The notes beneath the pieces were generated by a model. That model was not told where the DNA came from. It saw only the letters and a list, made by a program, of their open reading frames with translations, and made no database searches. Below are positions 39,501-50,859 of a DNA stretch of 64,000 nt, in pieces; the first letter of the stretch is position 1; each line of letters begins with the position of its first letter. Made by a program: the position numbers and the translations under genes. The stretch lies in contig NW_026926990.1 of assembly GCF_032062105.1 (NCBI RefSeq), positions 1 to 64,000 on the forward strand, in the 5' to 3' direction. This DNA comes from Saccostrea cucullata. Taxonomy: Eukaryota.

Positions 39501-42500
39501 CAAAATGTACTTCAGGGAGCTGCCCAACCCCCTCCTGACCTATCAACTGTATGATAAGTTCGCTGTAAGTTTGCTTGGTTGCGACAACTTTTTCATAGTC
39601 ACAAATTCTTAATCTTGAGAAGTTTCATTTTTGAGTGCAGTTTTGTTTTTGATACTAAGCGGAACAAGAATATACTATGTAAAAGCAGACATTATATTGA
39701 CCATGAAAATAAAGAATTGTTTGAAAGTTCCTTAAAGTTGTCACATTTCCACTTGAAAATTATGCATATTAATCTACATTTTCATAGGAAGCTGTCAGAG
39801 ATGAAGACAATAAATTGTGGAAGATCCATGATGTTGTCCAACAACTTCCACCCCCTCACTACAGGTTGGTCTTAACTGGAAAAAAATTGAATTAGATTAT
39901 AAAAGTGAGAGAGAACAAAGCTTTTATCTTTCCTGTTTACTTGAAAATGAACACTGTATATCATTTTTGGTAACAATTGAGAATGATTTTATGTAAAACA
40001 GGACAACTGAGTTCCTAATGCGCCACCTAGCTAAAGTTGCAGCATTTGGCAAAGAAACTGGTATGCATTCCAAGAATCTGGCCATAGTGTGGGCCCCTAA
40101 TCTTCTCAGGTACACCATATATTTTAATTCTAATTTTCTGAGAGATTTCAGAATCTTCAAACATGATTAAATACACATGCTGATATACAGTGAAGTTAAC
40201 TGTCTATTTTTTACACAGGTCTAAGGAGCTGGAGTGTGGGGGAGGGGCAGCAGCTTTACAGGGTGTGGGGATCCAGGCAGTGGTCACTGAGTGTCTGATT
40301 GTGTATGCTGACCTCATCTTTAGTGACAAACTACCCTCATATTCCTCACCAGATCTGAAACGTAAAGAAAAATGATATTTTATTCTAAATGACACAAACC
40401 TGTACATTAGTAACCATCTATGATAATTTGTGTAAGCATACATTTTGTGAATTAGAAAAATGTTTTTTAAATTATCTATGAATTATTTTTTTTAGCTTTG
40501 AGGAAAAAGCCTAGACCCAAATCCCTGGCAATCTCCACTCCAACAAAGCTGATAACCTTAGAAGAAGCCAGAGAGAGGGCTTTATCAGCAAGCCTACGTC
40601 CCCCACACCAGAAGTACATAGACGTGGGCAGTGGGCCGAAAGGCTTACCTGAGAAATACCACACAGTCCTGGATCTACCAGGCTACAGGTATATTAAGAT
40701 GTTATTTCTTAATGACCAAATAATTCTGTGTGAACATGTAATTACTGAGGAAATATTTCCTTCCATATGCTTGATAATATATCAGTAGGTTTTAAAGATG
40801 AACCTTTTAATAAACATCAAACTTGCTGAAAATGCAGATGAAACTTTGGTTGCCAATTTAACTTTTGTGTCTTTTTTTTCACAGAAAAAAAGTTCCTTTG
40901 AAGGAAGTTGGGAATTTAAAAACAAAAAAGTCTCCTAGTGGATGGAGGTCCATATTCTCAAAGGGAAATCGACAAAGCAGTATGAAGCACAAAAACCACA
41001 AAAGTGGATTGTCACGTAAGAGAACTAATTAATACATAGAGCCTGATAACAAATCAAAAGATAATTAACAAATGCAAAATAGAAGCTTGCAGGTTTACTA
41101 TAAAGACTATCTTAAATTAAAAATTATCATTTTATAGAATCTCTGGGTACTGGGATGGAGAGGAAGGCTATAACAGAGGAAGACGTACAGACGTGGAAGA
41201 GGCGGCGACTGAGGGGGGCTAAGAGTGCTGAGTCCCTGCTGGTCCTCCAGCAATCCTCCTCCACTGACAGCACCAAGAGGATGTCCAGGCTAGTCGACGA
41301 GAACATGCTGATGAAAATGTCCCTGCAAAATTGTCAATAATTGTCCTCCGATAAACTGAAAATATTTTGCATTATCCTCCTCCACCGACAGCACCAAAAA
41401 GAGGATTGTAAATGCAAAGTAATTATATTTTTAAAATTATACAGAATATATGAAGAGTAAAGATCCAAAATGTAATGAAAATTTGTTTTTGAAAATTCAA
41501 AAGATTCTTTAGTATGTTCTAGATTAATTGATCGTTTTACCAAAGTCTAAACTAATCATTCCTACAAATCTTTACCACGCTAAACAATCATCTACTGAAG
41601 AAAAAATTAAAATCAATTAATTTTAGCTAATTAATTTCCTGATAAACTGATTGTAAGTACTCGGCACTATTATACCACTAATTAAATGATCAAAGAATAA
41701 TTTATTCTAATAGTTACAACCTTCACATATTTAAGGGGGCCGACTATAGTTTTCATTGCGCAATATTTTGTGCATCATAGTAAAATGAAGCGTATTTACT
41801 GTTTTAATGCAAATTTTTTCGCTTGATTATTAAAATTAATCAAAATTAAGAAATTATAGGTATAAAAATGTAATACAACTGATTTTTTAACCGATTTTGA
41901 TCGTTGCAGTGTGTTTTTGACGTTATGATAATCTTTAGCTCTTAAAGAAAGGGGTGATAAAAATATTATTAAAGAAAAAGAAATAAATATATGCTCTTGA
42001 AATTTAAAACATAGAAATTTTAGAATATCTCCGATATTTTTATAATGTTTTCATGTGAATCCATTGTGTCCGTCATATTTTGTAGTACTCTGTAAAAAAA
42101 AAAGTAAAATTTGCTAATTTTTTTGCATTTTGAGATGCCCCCTCTGGTAAGAAGACGGTAGAATTTTTTTTTCATATATTGTTTTGTTAAAATTTAGTGT
42201 TTATTGTAGGAATTTTAAAAATTGAAAACATTTTATCTATTAAACACTGAAGTTAATGTAAGTTATATATGGTATAAAAATGAAGAGTTTCGCTATTGTA
42301 ATTTTCACACAATAAAACTACGTCCTTTAATTTTTTTTTTTTTTGGTAAGATCAAATCTTATTCCCAGTCAAAGGACACAATTCGTTGACATCCCTAGTT
42401 TATATCATAACTTTTTTTTTTCTTTTGTTAAAATTTAGTGTTTAGAGACGTCCTTTGGGACACAAGAGATCTCTTTCTTCTGAGTCTCCAAGGAATCTTA

Positions 42501-45500
42501 TCCATACCGAGGAGATTAAGTACCCTAGCTATATTGTGGCTGGATCTAGAGAGATGGCTATTGATGTGGATAACTCAAAAGGTATGAAATATTATCTCAA
42601 TATAAATTGACAAATAATTATTTTCATCGTCTGGTACATGTCAATTTTCAAATACTTTTAAACAGAAGATGCAGAATGATTGTGCTCTAAAACAAACAGA
42701 TTTTGAAATCTAAAACAAACAGATTTTGTAATGTATTTGTATATTTTTGCAGATGGTATTGAAAATGAAAATCCAGATAAAAGAAAACAGAAGCAGAATT
42801 TTGTTCGCTCTGAGCCAAAGCGGAGAGTGGTATCTCATCGAAGGACACCCTCAGCACCACTAAGTCCAAAAATGGATGAATCTCGAGAAAAAAGCCGAAG
42901 TCCAAAAATGTCAAAACATAAAGGCATCTCACAAAGTGTCGTAGAAATTGAGCATCGGGGGACAGAGGGACTGAGGGAGAATCTCATGTCATCTTCCATT
43001 GACGCAGAAAAGTTTGTGTTACATATGGATGACAAAGACTTGTTAAGACCCATTGATCAAAAGGGCAAGAGTCCTGACAGCCATAAAGGGAGGCACTCTA
43101 AATCACCTCAAAGAGATTCAAAAGAAATGTCCGCATCTCCTAAGGAGCATAAACGAATCATAGACAAAAGTTGTAAATCTACAAAGAAAGAGGAAGTGAT
43201 AGACTTACCAGAGAGTCCAGGAGCTCGAAGGAAGAATTGGTTGAGCAGTTCATCTTCCACCCCCTCTACAACTCCAGATGAACCTCCACAACAGCACTAC
43301 TTCTCCAGGCATCACGACTACGCAGAAATCACCGACAGTAGCGAAAACGAAGTGAACAATACTCAGTTATCCTCTAGCTTGAGGGCGGAGGAAAGTGTGA
43401 ACCGTTTATCTGACAGTTATGACAATGTTGACAGTGGAATGTTTTATCTTCCCTCGGATGACTCAGATCTGCTCCAATCCATTGATCAGGCTACAAATCT
43501 CAAATCTATCAACCAAGCTGCTAATAACAGTGTAACATCGTATTCGTATAGTGAAAGTGAAACAAAATTTTCTTCTGTGGAATTTCATCAATCGAGAACT
43601 GAGGAACAATCTAAGATGTCAAAGTGTTTAAGTGTTCCCTCGGATATTCAGAAATCGCTGGAGAATTTGACTTCTGGGAGTCAGACAGATTTGTTATCCT
43701 CCATAACACTGAGTGAAGTGTCCACTTCTATTGACAGTTTCAGTGAGGAGAACAGTAGTGGGATGGATCGAAAGCGAAGAAGTGCCTCACTAGACAGTCT
43801 GACTGAATCTCCACTCACTAGAACATTAATAGAGATAAATGCTCAAATTGACCAGGCTTTCAAGAAGGAAGTCCAAAAAGCCAAAAAACTAAAAGAGGAG
43901 AAAAGTCTGTCTATTGATTCAGGTGATTTCAAGGAAGAGATTGCAACCAGTATTAATGAATCTGCCAGTCAAGACTCGAATACATTTGTAGACAGGCCTG
44001 CTGCTGAGGTGCAAGTAGTAGAAACCCCTAGATTAATTCGTGCTCCATTACGTAGTGCCAAAGACAATAATTTCTCACTGAATGTTGGGCAATCTGCTGA
44101 ATCTACAAACTTTTCATCCTCATCACAACACTCAAAAACACAAACGCCTGAAGAACATCTTGTCGCATTCTCCTCTGTACAGCAAGTTCATAGTGCAACA
44201 TCAGAGTCAAGAATATTCTCACCTCAAGAATCTCCCAGACATAACCAGAAAGGATATGCTTCTTCACTGCCCACCATGTCCCCTGTGTCAAGTCCAACCA
44301 TGGGGAGGACAGGAAGTTCACCACTCACAAGTCCAGTTCAGAGACGCCTAAAGCGTTCACAACCAAACACCCCCACACAGCCTTGCCCACAGGACAGCCC
44401 AATGTCTAGCCCTGGCGCTGCTCGCGGGGGCTTCATTTCACCAATGATGAGCCCAACTAGTCCTGATCAGCCGTTTGAATATGATTCACAACAAAGAAAA
44501 TTATCCAGGAGAGGAAAAGTTACTTTTGATTTGTCTGATGATGATCTGTATTTTCTTGCACAGCAAGGAATGAAGAGGGAGACATTGACAAGAACTGACT
44601 CTAATTCTTCCTCTTCTACTGTGTCTAGTCTTTCAAGTCCTGAAGCCAGACTTAAACAGTCATCTAGACCTGAAAATTCTCAGTCTGCTGTTCCAAAACA
44701 ATCTGCTAAAAGAGACTTTCCTCATTTACTTCTCTCCTCAGCAAGCACAGACTCTAAATCTACGTCTAGTCCACGTTCTCCAAGAAACCAGCCAAGGTGG
44801 GAAGATTTAGCAGGTCTAAATCAAGATTTTCGAGCTATGGCTGGCTTGGACAAGTCTCCAAACAAACCTCAGGGCAAAATAAAAGTCAAATCAACTCCAC
44901 CCACACAAGTTCCCTCAAACCAGGAAAGCCAAGACTCCTTTGATAGAAAGCTGCATGATCTATCAAATTTTAATGAACTTTGGAAAAACCAGCTAGCACC
45001 AACTGGAGATGTGTGTAGATTAAATGATAATAAAGACAGCGTTCATTCTGATGATAAGCATTTGTTAAAGAGGTCTGCAACAATGCCTGCTGTCATGGAT
45101 GTTCCACAATCAACGCATCACAGAGAACGAACTCCGGAGTGCAGTACAGACGAACGAACAGTAGTGGAGGAAAAACCCATGATAAAGAAATGTTTGACTG
45201 ACTGTGACCTCCCTCAAATTAAGCATTGTAGTATTGTAACACAGGGTAGTTGTGACACTTCTTCAAGTTCAGAGATGCATTTGAGTGAATCAGGGGCAAG
45301 TCTGGTGGTGCATGAAGAAAGTATTGACAATCAGATCAGTATATGTAGGACTGATAGCTACAATAGGGCTGTGGGGCACTTGGCAGAAAGGAGTGGAATT
45401 GAGATTCAACATAAAATGGACAAATCTGAAAGTGGGCAAAAAATGAACAAAGTTCACAAAATAGATGGAAAAGAAGTTGTGTTAAACATGCCAGTCTTGC

Positions 45501-47935
45501 CTCCTCTGGAACTCTCTGGATTTCCGAAGTTTGAAAACACTGATGAAGTTCCAATAACAGGTGCTTCCAAGCTTACCTGTGATAAAAGTGATAATGCCAG
45601 TAATAGGAATGATTTACTGGGAGGTGAAGCAAGCTTTCCTGTAAATTTGTCCGATAGTTATTATGACAATTCTGAACCCATGTCATATGGAATGGATAAC
45701 ACTGAAATGGAAAGTATGCATAACACTGATGTGACTCCATTTGGAGGGCATAGCAGTATGATGAATGAAATAGATATAAATGAGAGTTGTTTTGGAATCC
45801 CTACACACCAGAATCTGAGCAACGAAATGAGAGAGAGAATGCAAGACAGATTTAAAGCAATGAAGGGTCAGGATACCTGTTCTTCATTAAATGATGATGT
45901 ACCATCTGGACACCATGAATTCCCAGATCATCTAGGAATTGACGAAAGATATGATCATCCACATGGGATGGAGGTTGAAGCTTCAGTGATTGCATCAGGG
46001 TATACCTCAATAACAAGGCCAGCAGAAGACATACAAATGTTATCACAAGGGCCATTGATAACTGCTGAGCCATTTGTTGTGGAGCAGATTGAACCTTACA
46101 GTCAAATGGTGAAACACATTGATAACTCTGAAGAAGAGGCTCAGAATGCAATCAATGCAGACAAAGAATTAAATATGACTCTTCAATCTTCATTAAACCA
46201 AAATGCCTGCTTCATTCCCTCTCGTGAAACAGAGACTGCCATGGAAACTGATGTCTGCGGTGGTGCCGAGGGACCACTTCCACAACTTCCGCCTCCTGAA
46301 CAGGAATTTCTGGAGGTCCGTCGGCCATTTGTTATGAAATCCAAGAAAGAAACACTGTCAAGTGAAGGCAGCTCAGAGAGGGGAGAGAATGAAGTGATTG
46401 TGGAGCACAGAGCCAGCTTCAAGAAGAAGGCACCTGTTCCTTTGCCTAAACGAACAGAACGCAAGCAAGCACTGGAGTTGGTTGATGTTTCTGACTTGAA
46501 TGATGATGTTTTCGTTGATGACATTAAATCCAATATTACTAGAAGTAAATTAGTAAGTAGAGTTCAACATAAATCTGTGGCAGAGAGAGGCGGAAACTTC
46601 TCTTCCTTAGAAGACCCTCCAAATCGTAGTTCTCTTGATGAATCTGTTCTACAGTTGGCATCCTCTCGACATGATAATTTTACAGCAGACGACACTGATC
46701 AAACAGAAGATGTCAGATTCACCAAAGCTCACAAGTCAGCAAAACTGCAAAGTCTGAAGGAACTGTTTGAAAAATCATGTCAAGAAAGTGAAAAACACAA
46801 AAAACCACATCCCTCTTCCCAAGAGAGTTTAGTTTGTTTGCCTAATCAGCAGAATCCTTGTGACTCATATAGGGTTGTGAATGCCAGAGCCTCATTTGGA
46901 AAGCAAAAATCCTTATCACAGATTGAACAGTCGTGTCATGAACAACATTTTGGTGCATGTAGTGCTGTGTCAGACAGTTTTAATGTTCCTGGGAATAGGA
47001 GAAGCATTTCTACTGATGTGGGATATGAATTCCAATTTTCAAAAAGCATGGGAATAAAAAGTGAAAAAATTGATAGATCTGTAGGAATTGGTAAACCACC
47101 TAAACATAGAAGTGTTTCAAGAACACGGACTGGAAGTGAATCTTCTATGTGTGAGTCAGACCAGAGAACAAGGTCCTCACCCAGATCTGTTGATGGATCT
47201 CCCAAATTTGCTAGGGAAGGATCTCTCAGTTCTAAGAGCTCACCAAAATCTCAGAGAGACTCCTCACCTTTCAGCCAAATTTCATCTGATGATTCACCTA
47301 GGGGAATCCGACGTTGTTCTGAAGAAAGTTCACCGAGAAGCATTCGACATCATCAGTCCTCAGGAGAAAATTCACCAGTAATCCTGAGGGTGAAATCTGA
47401 TGGCTCTCCAAGAGGAACAAGGCACGTCTCTTTTCAAAGTCACAATCAATCTTTTACATCTACCCAAGACTCGTCTGGAAAAAATAAGGTTGTGGTGAGC
47501 TCAGAGAAAAGTGAAAGGATGACCAAATCTTGTTCCGTGTTAAACACAACTTCTCCTGGGGCATCCAGAGGGAATGCTTCTGAGGATATGATGAGCCGGT
47601 CTCTAACTCTGGAACATTCTCAATCCCTAGAAGAAACTGCCTCTCATCTCAAAAGAAGGGGGAGCATTAAAGAATTGATGCAATTTTTCGAAAGTAAGCG
47701 GGAAGGTAATGAGGAGGAACCCAGGAGTAATGTCAGACAGAGAGTTCACAGTGAGTCGCCAACATTAGGACTCGGTCGTTCCAATTCCCGATCCTCGGAA
47801 TCACTCACTCTTGTCAACGTCCGTCACAGTCTGGAGTTGCCCTCAACAAGTGTCCTATCTACATTGGAAGGAATCAGCACACCACAGCCTGTCAGGATGG
47901 GTCCCAAACCATTTTACAGTGTCAAAAACAATTAA
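20328..47935 (+). CDS. ARHGAP32: Rho GTPase-activating protein of the ARHGAP32/33 (PX-RICS/TCGAP, Drosophila CdGAPr) type: PX-like, SH3, RhoGAP, long disordered tail; ~2,475 aa
   Basis: Exons 20328-20344 (tentative start), 34941-35037, 35679-35776, 36555-36639, 36832-37056, 37307-37399, 37774-37896, 38120-38197, 38359-38446, 38727-38876, 39043-39145, 39420-39564, 39788-39864, 40002-40109, 40219-40361, 40496-40688, 40885-41015, 41138-~41290 (donor unresolved), 42446-42581, 42753-47935. Motifs RFPKLLECAHFHY, WWRGKRGFEVGFFP (SH3), GIYRLSG (arginine finger), LLKMYFRELPNPLL, NLAIVWAPNLL. Confidence 0.9.
20415..20647. mobile_element. Small TA-flanked MITE (CTGTA...TACAG)
   Basis: TACTGTA at 20413 and TACAGTA at 20643, with weakly inverted subterminal ttttaatttc/gaaattaaaa motifs. 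Confidence 0.45.
20760..21168. mobile_element. Non-autonomous hAT-type element, 8-bp TSD
   Basis: TIR TAGGGCTGGG / CCCAGCCCTA. TSD TTGCATAT on both sides. Subterminal tattgc(a/g)ata repeats. Confidence 0.9.
21627..21811. mobile_element. MITE (CAGTGGCGGAT-type), 5-bp TSD
   Basis: CAGTGGCGGAT...ATCTGCCAGTG with ATTAT on both flanks; homologous to 10997-11176. Confidence 0.8.
22264..23140 (-). mobile_element. HINE/Pearl-type element with ~4.6 x 156-bp monomers
   Basis: Terminal hairpin agctctactggtcagagaccagaagagct, (TGTC/CGTC)n microsatellite, 156-bp period, subterminal ccagtagagct plus agtctcgacagagact hairpin. Reverse complement of the 51996-54900 element. Confidence 0.92.
27770..28047 (+). 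mobile_element. Short HINE/Pearl remnant
   Basis: AACTAGAG start, GACA/GACG microsatellite ~27968-27995, hairpin cccgcttttcaagcggg, A-tail. Confidence 0.65.
31429..31523 (+). CDS. Candidate alternative first coding exon of the RhoGAP gene (MAFEVQNIYSTPQIPRKRPCLRPRRMTLIDLR)
   Basis: gtcATGG context with an upstream in-frame TAA. CpG-rich. Donor CTCAG|GTACAC (same as the donor at 40109) in phase 2, matching the acceptor at 34941. Confidence 0.5.
33071..33159. repeat. Near-perfect 89-bp palindrome
   Basis: 38-bp arms 33071-33108 and 33122-33159 around the self-complementary AATACATGTATT plus one extra base. Confidence 0.92.
33485..33518. repeat. (GA)n microsatellite
   Basis: Direct inspection. 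Confidence 0.9.
41735..42326. mobile_element. Degenerate TTAA-flanked (Kolobok-like) element in a RhoGAP intron
   Basis: TTAA at 41731-41734 and 42327-42330. Imperfect inverted ends gactatagttttcattg / caataaaactacgtcc. Confidence 0.45.
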
Positions 47936-49747
47936 GAGAGTTACTAACGTTTAATCCACAATGCTTAGATGCTAATATTTAATGTAGTAGGGACCAGGCT
48001 GATTGAACAATTAAAGTTAAAGTTTCTAATTCAGTATTCAGCCTTTAAGAAACTATTTCATCAAACACGATCATTTTTATTTGTTTACTGTTTCAATACA
48101 AAACTTAGTGGCAATGTGCAATAACAATAAATTTTTATAGTGAAATGCTGTATTCCCATTCCCATGTAAAATTTCATTGCATTTTGATTAATGTACATGT
48201 ATTGTGGGTAATTGATGCATTGTTTTATTCAGTATTTTTGCCATGCTATGACTAGTTTATATTTGCCAGTAGGCTACTCACTGCCCTATTGCTTTAAGCA
48301 GTAGATCAAACGTTTTAAAATCACTCCATCTTGGTCATCTATTGGAATTCAATTAATAATGCAGCTTTGTACCATGTAATGTCGAGGCAGTGCAAGCATC
48401 ATTAGATCTGACAGTGTAACATGACAGCTAACTATTTGTCATGATTTACAATAATACAAGTATACATACAATATGGTTAGTAATGAAGATATATATATAT
48501 CTAGTCAGTATTTATTTATTTTTGTTTATCTAATGTATTTTGTTAGAGACACGGTTGCATATTATATTGTGTCATTGTAAATCCCTGTATCTGTATATAA
48601 TGGCAATGAATCCTCAATTCACCAGCAGTTTTTATTTTTAATTTTTGGTTGTATTTGTGTGGTTGTATAATTTGTTGTTAGTGTATGAAGTTTGAAAAAT
48701 CATGTAGTGGCTAACTTAGGAGCAGTGAAATCTCTTCTTGTTCATGGCTTGTTTCAAGTATGAACAAATTACTGCTCATGTAAGTTGTTCATTATCATCG
48801 AATTATTAGGAATCTGTTCAAGTGTGCATTTGTTCATGTCTAGAATGGGAGAGCTTGCTGGTGTGATTTTTATTTGCAGAAACAGGGTGTTAATAATTAT
48901 TTGCACTTTGGTGTATTGTTTAAGTACAAGTACTCTAATAAGTGCTTCAGGCAGGATCCCAATGTGGAGAAAGGGATTTATAGCATAATATTTATTTTCT
49001 CTTCCATACTTCATCTATAAAACCTCATTTACAGGCAATAAAATGGTGATTAATAAAACAGTACAAAGCAGAAGTTTATTTTATTTTACTACAGTGAGAT
49101 TGGGCTCTTACAAAATTAGATTAGGGCAGTTTGTCTTTAGAGTAGCTAGAGTTATGTCTACTGACCCACACACGTCTTGTTACAGAAAGAAGAGTACATG
49201 TACATGTATTGATTATAGGGTCTAAAGATCTGATCACAGACAGTTACAGCAGTGAACTTAGTTATGACTGCAATTTAACAAGTACCATTTGACTGTAAAA
49301 TGTCACAAGCATAATTCGTTATAACCATGAAGTTCATTACAATCGAGATATGTTTCAAGAGTACAAGGAATGAAAACCACTTTGCTATTTAAGCATTTAT
49401 TCATTACAAGCATATATGCACTAGATGTGCTTTACTATTCGATTCCTGGTTTCCAAAATTTAAATAATTATGCACAAGTTAACAATAACTCAAAGTCCTG
49501 GCACGGCTAAACAGGAAGAATGCTTTCATGATGATGCGTGTCTGTGTCAAGTTGTAGAACTGGCTTCTTGGACAGCAAACTCTACAGAAATATGGTCAGT
49601 ATCATAGGGAAATTCAAGGCCATATAAAGATCAAACATTTTTACGACCAGTATATCTATTTTGAAATTCTAAATAGTTGGGGAATAGTTTTTATCTCGAT
49701 AAACCTCTCTGTATGATTTGCCTTTTTAAAAAAATCCCGTCAAAAAA

Positions 49748-49910
49748 GAAGAGGCCCATGGGCCCCATTGCTCACCAGATTAACTGGTGATGCCGTTCTT
49801 TACCAGATTTCCCCCTTGTAATACCTTTTGTAACCCCACCTTATCCCCCTTCCTGGTCATGATTTTAACAATTTAAAATCTACTTTACCCCAGGATGCTT
49901 CCACACACAT
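49748..49910 (+). mobile_element. 5' fragment of the Cg170-type HINE family (cf. 57649)
   Basis: aagaggcccatgggcc...gctcacc...ttctttaccagattt aligns with 57651-57810. Confidence 0.75.
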
Positions 49911-50859
49911 TTTGTAATTTATAGGAAATAATGGATACAACCACAGCAGAAAAAATTTAAACCTGTGTATGAAAACAACTTATTCCATGTTAATGAACAA
50001 ACACATTTCATTGATTACATAACACAATCTGGAAGGCTTGGGCATATTTATAAGTTTTATTTTGTTCATAATCAATATGAAATCATAAGTAACTTATAAA
50101 GATATTCTGTATAAAACAGAAAAACAAAACAAAAAGCCAGCAATAAAATACATGTATTAGAGAACATTTTGATTGAACATCTCTCAGGCTCTCATACTTG
50201 GGGTAACATATAACTTCATAACCAGCTATAATATTAATATAATATAATAATACTAGTTTTCATTGTTTCATTGCTTCTTGATTTTAAAGATGTTATATCA
50301 ATAAGATATACATGTTTTGGGTATCCAAAGTACAAAGCCATATACTGCACAGAAAGAAGATATAAAAGTGTATGTAAAAAATTAAAAGATTTTTTTTTTC
50401 ACAAAGTAAACAAAAGATGAACATCTATACATTCTATCAACCCTTAAATTTATTTATTTTAGCTTTTCTCTGATAATAAAGTTCTGTGTTAAACATGAGA
50501 ATATTATACTGAAAATGCTTTGAGCTAATTATTATTCAAACACAGACAAAGTGATATGACACTACACTCTCTACTTGTTTTATTCCTATAGTAAAGTACC
50601 TCCATGCAAGAATCGAAACACCACCGGGTATATTGAAATACATGTAATATCAAACCAAAAGAGTGATTGACAGGATGGACAATATGATTCCTAGAGGAAT
50701 CCTGCATTTCTGTGTACATGCCTTAATTATTTTCTTATTTTTTTTCCAACAAGATTGTTTTCTTTACATATTTGAAATTTCTTAATTTACAGTAATCAAA
50801 TGTCTACAGTCAAAGCTATAAATTGTCAGTTTCTTCCTTTGTTAGCTCACTTATTGGAA

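Noticed and set aside
42687-47381. Several short ORFs overlapping the giant exon in other frames or strand
   Set aside because: Expected by chance in long coding sequence; no independent support.
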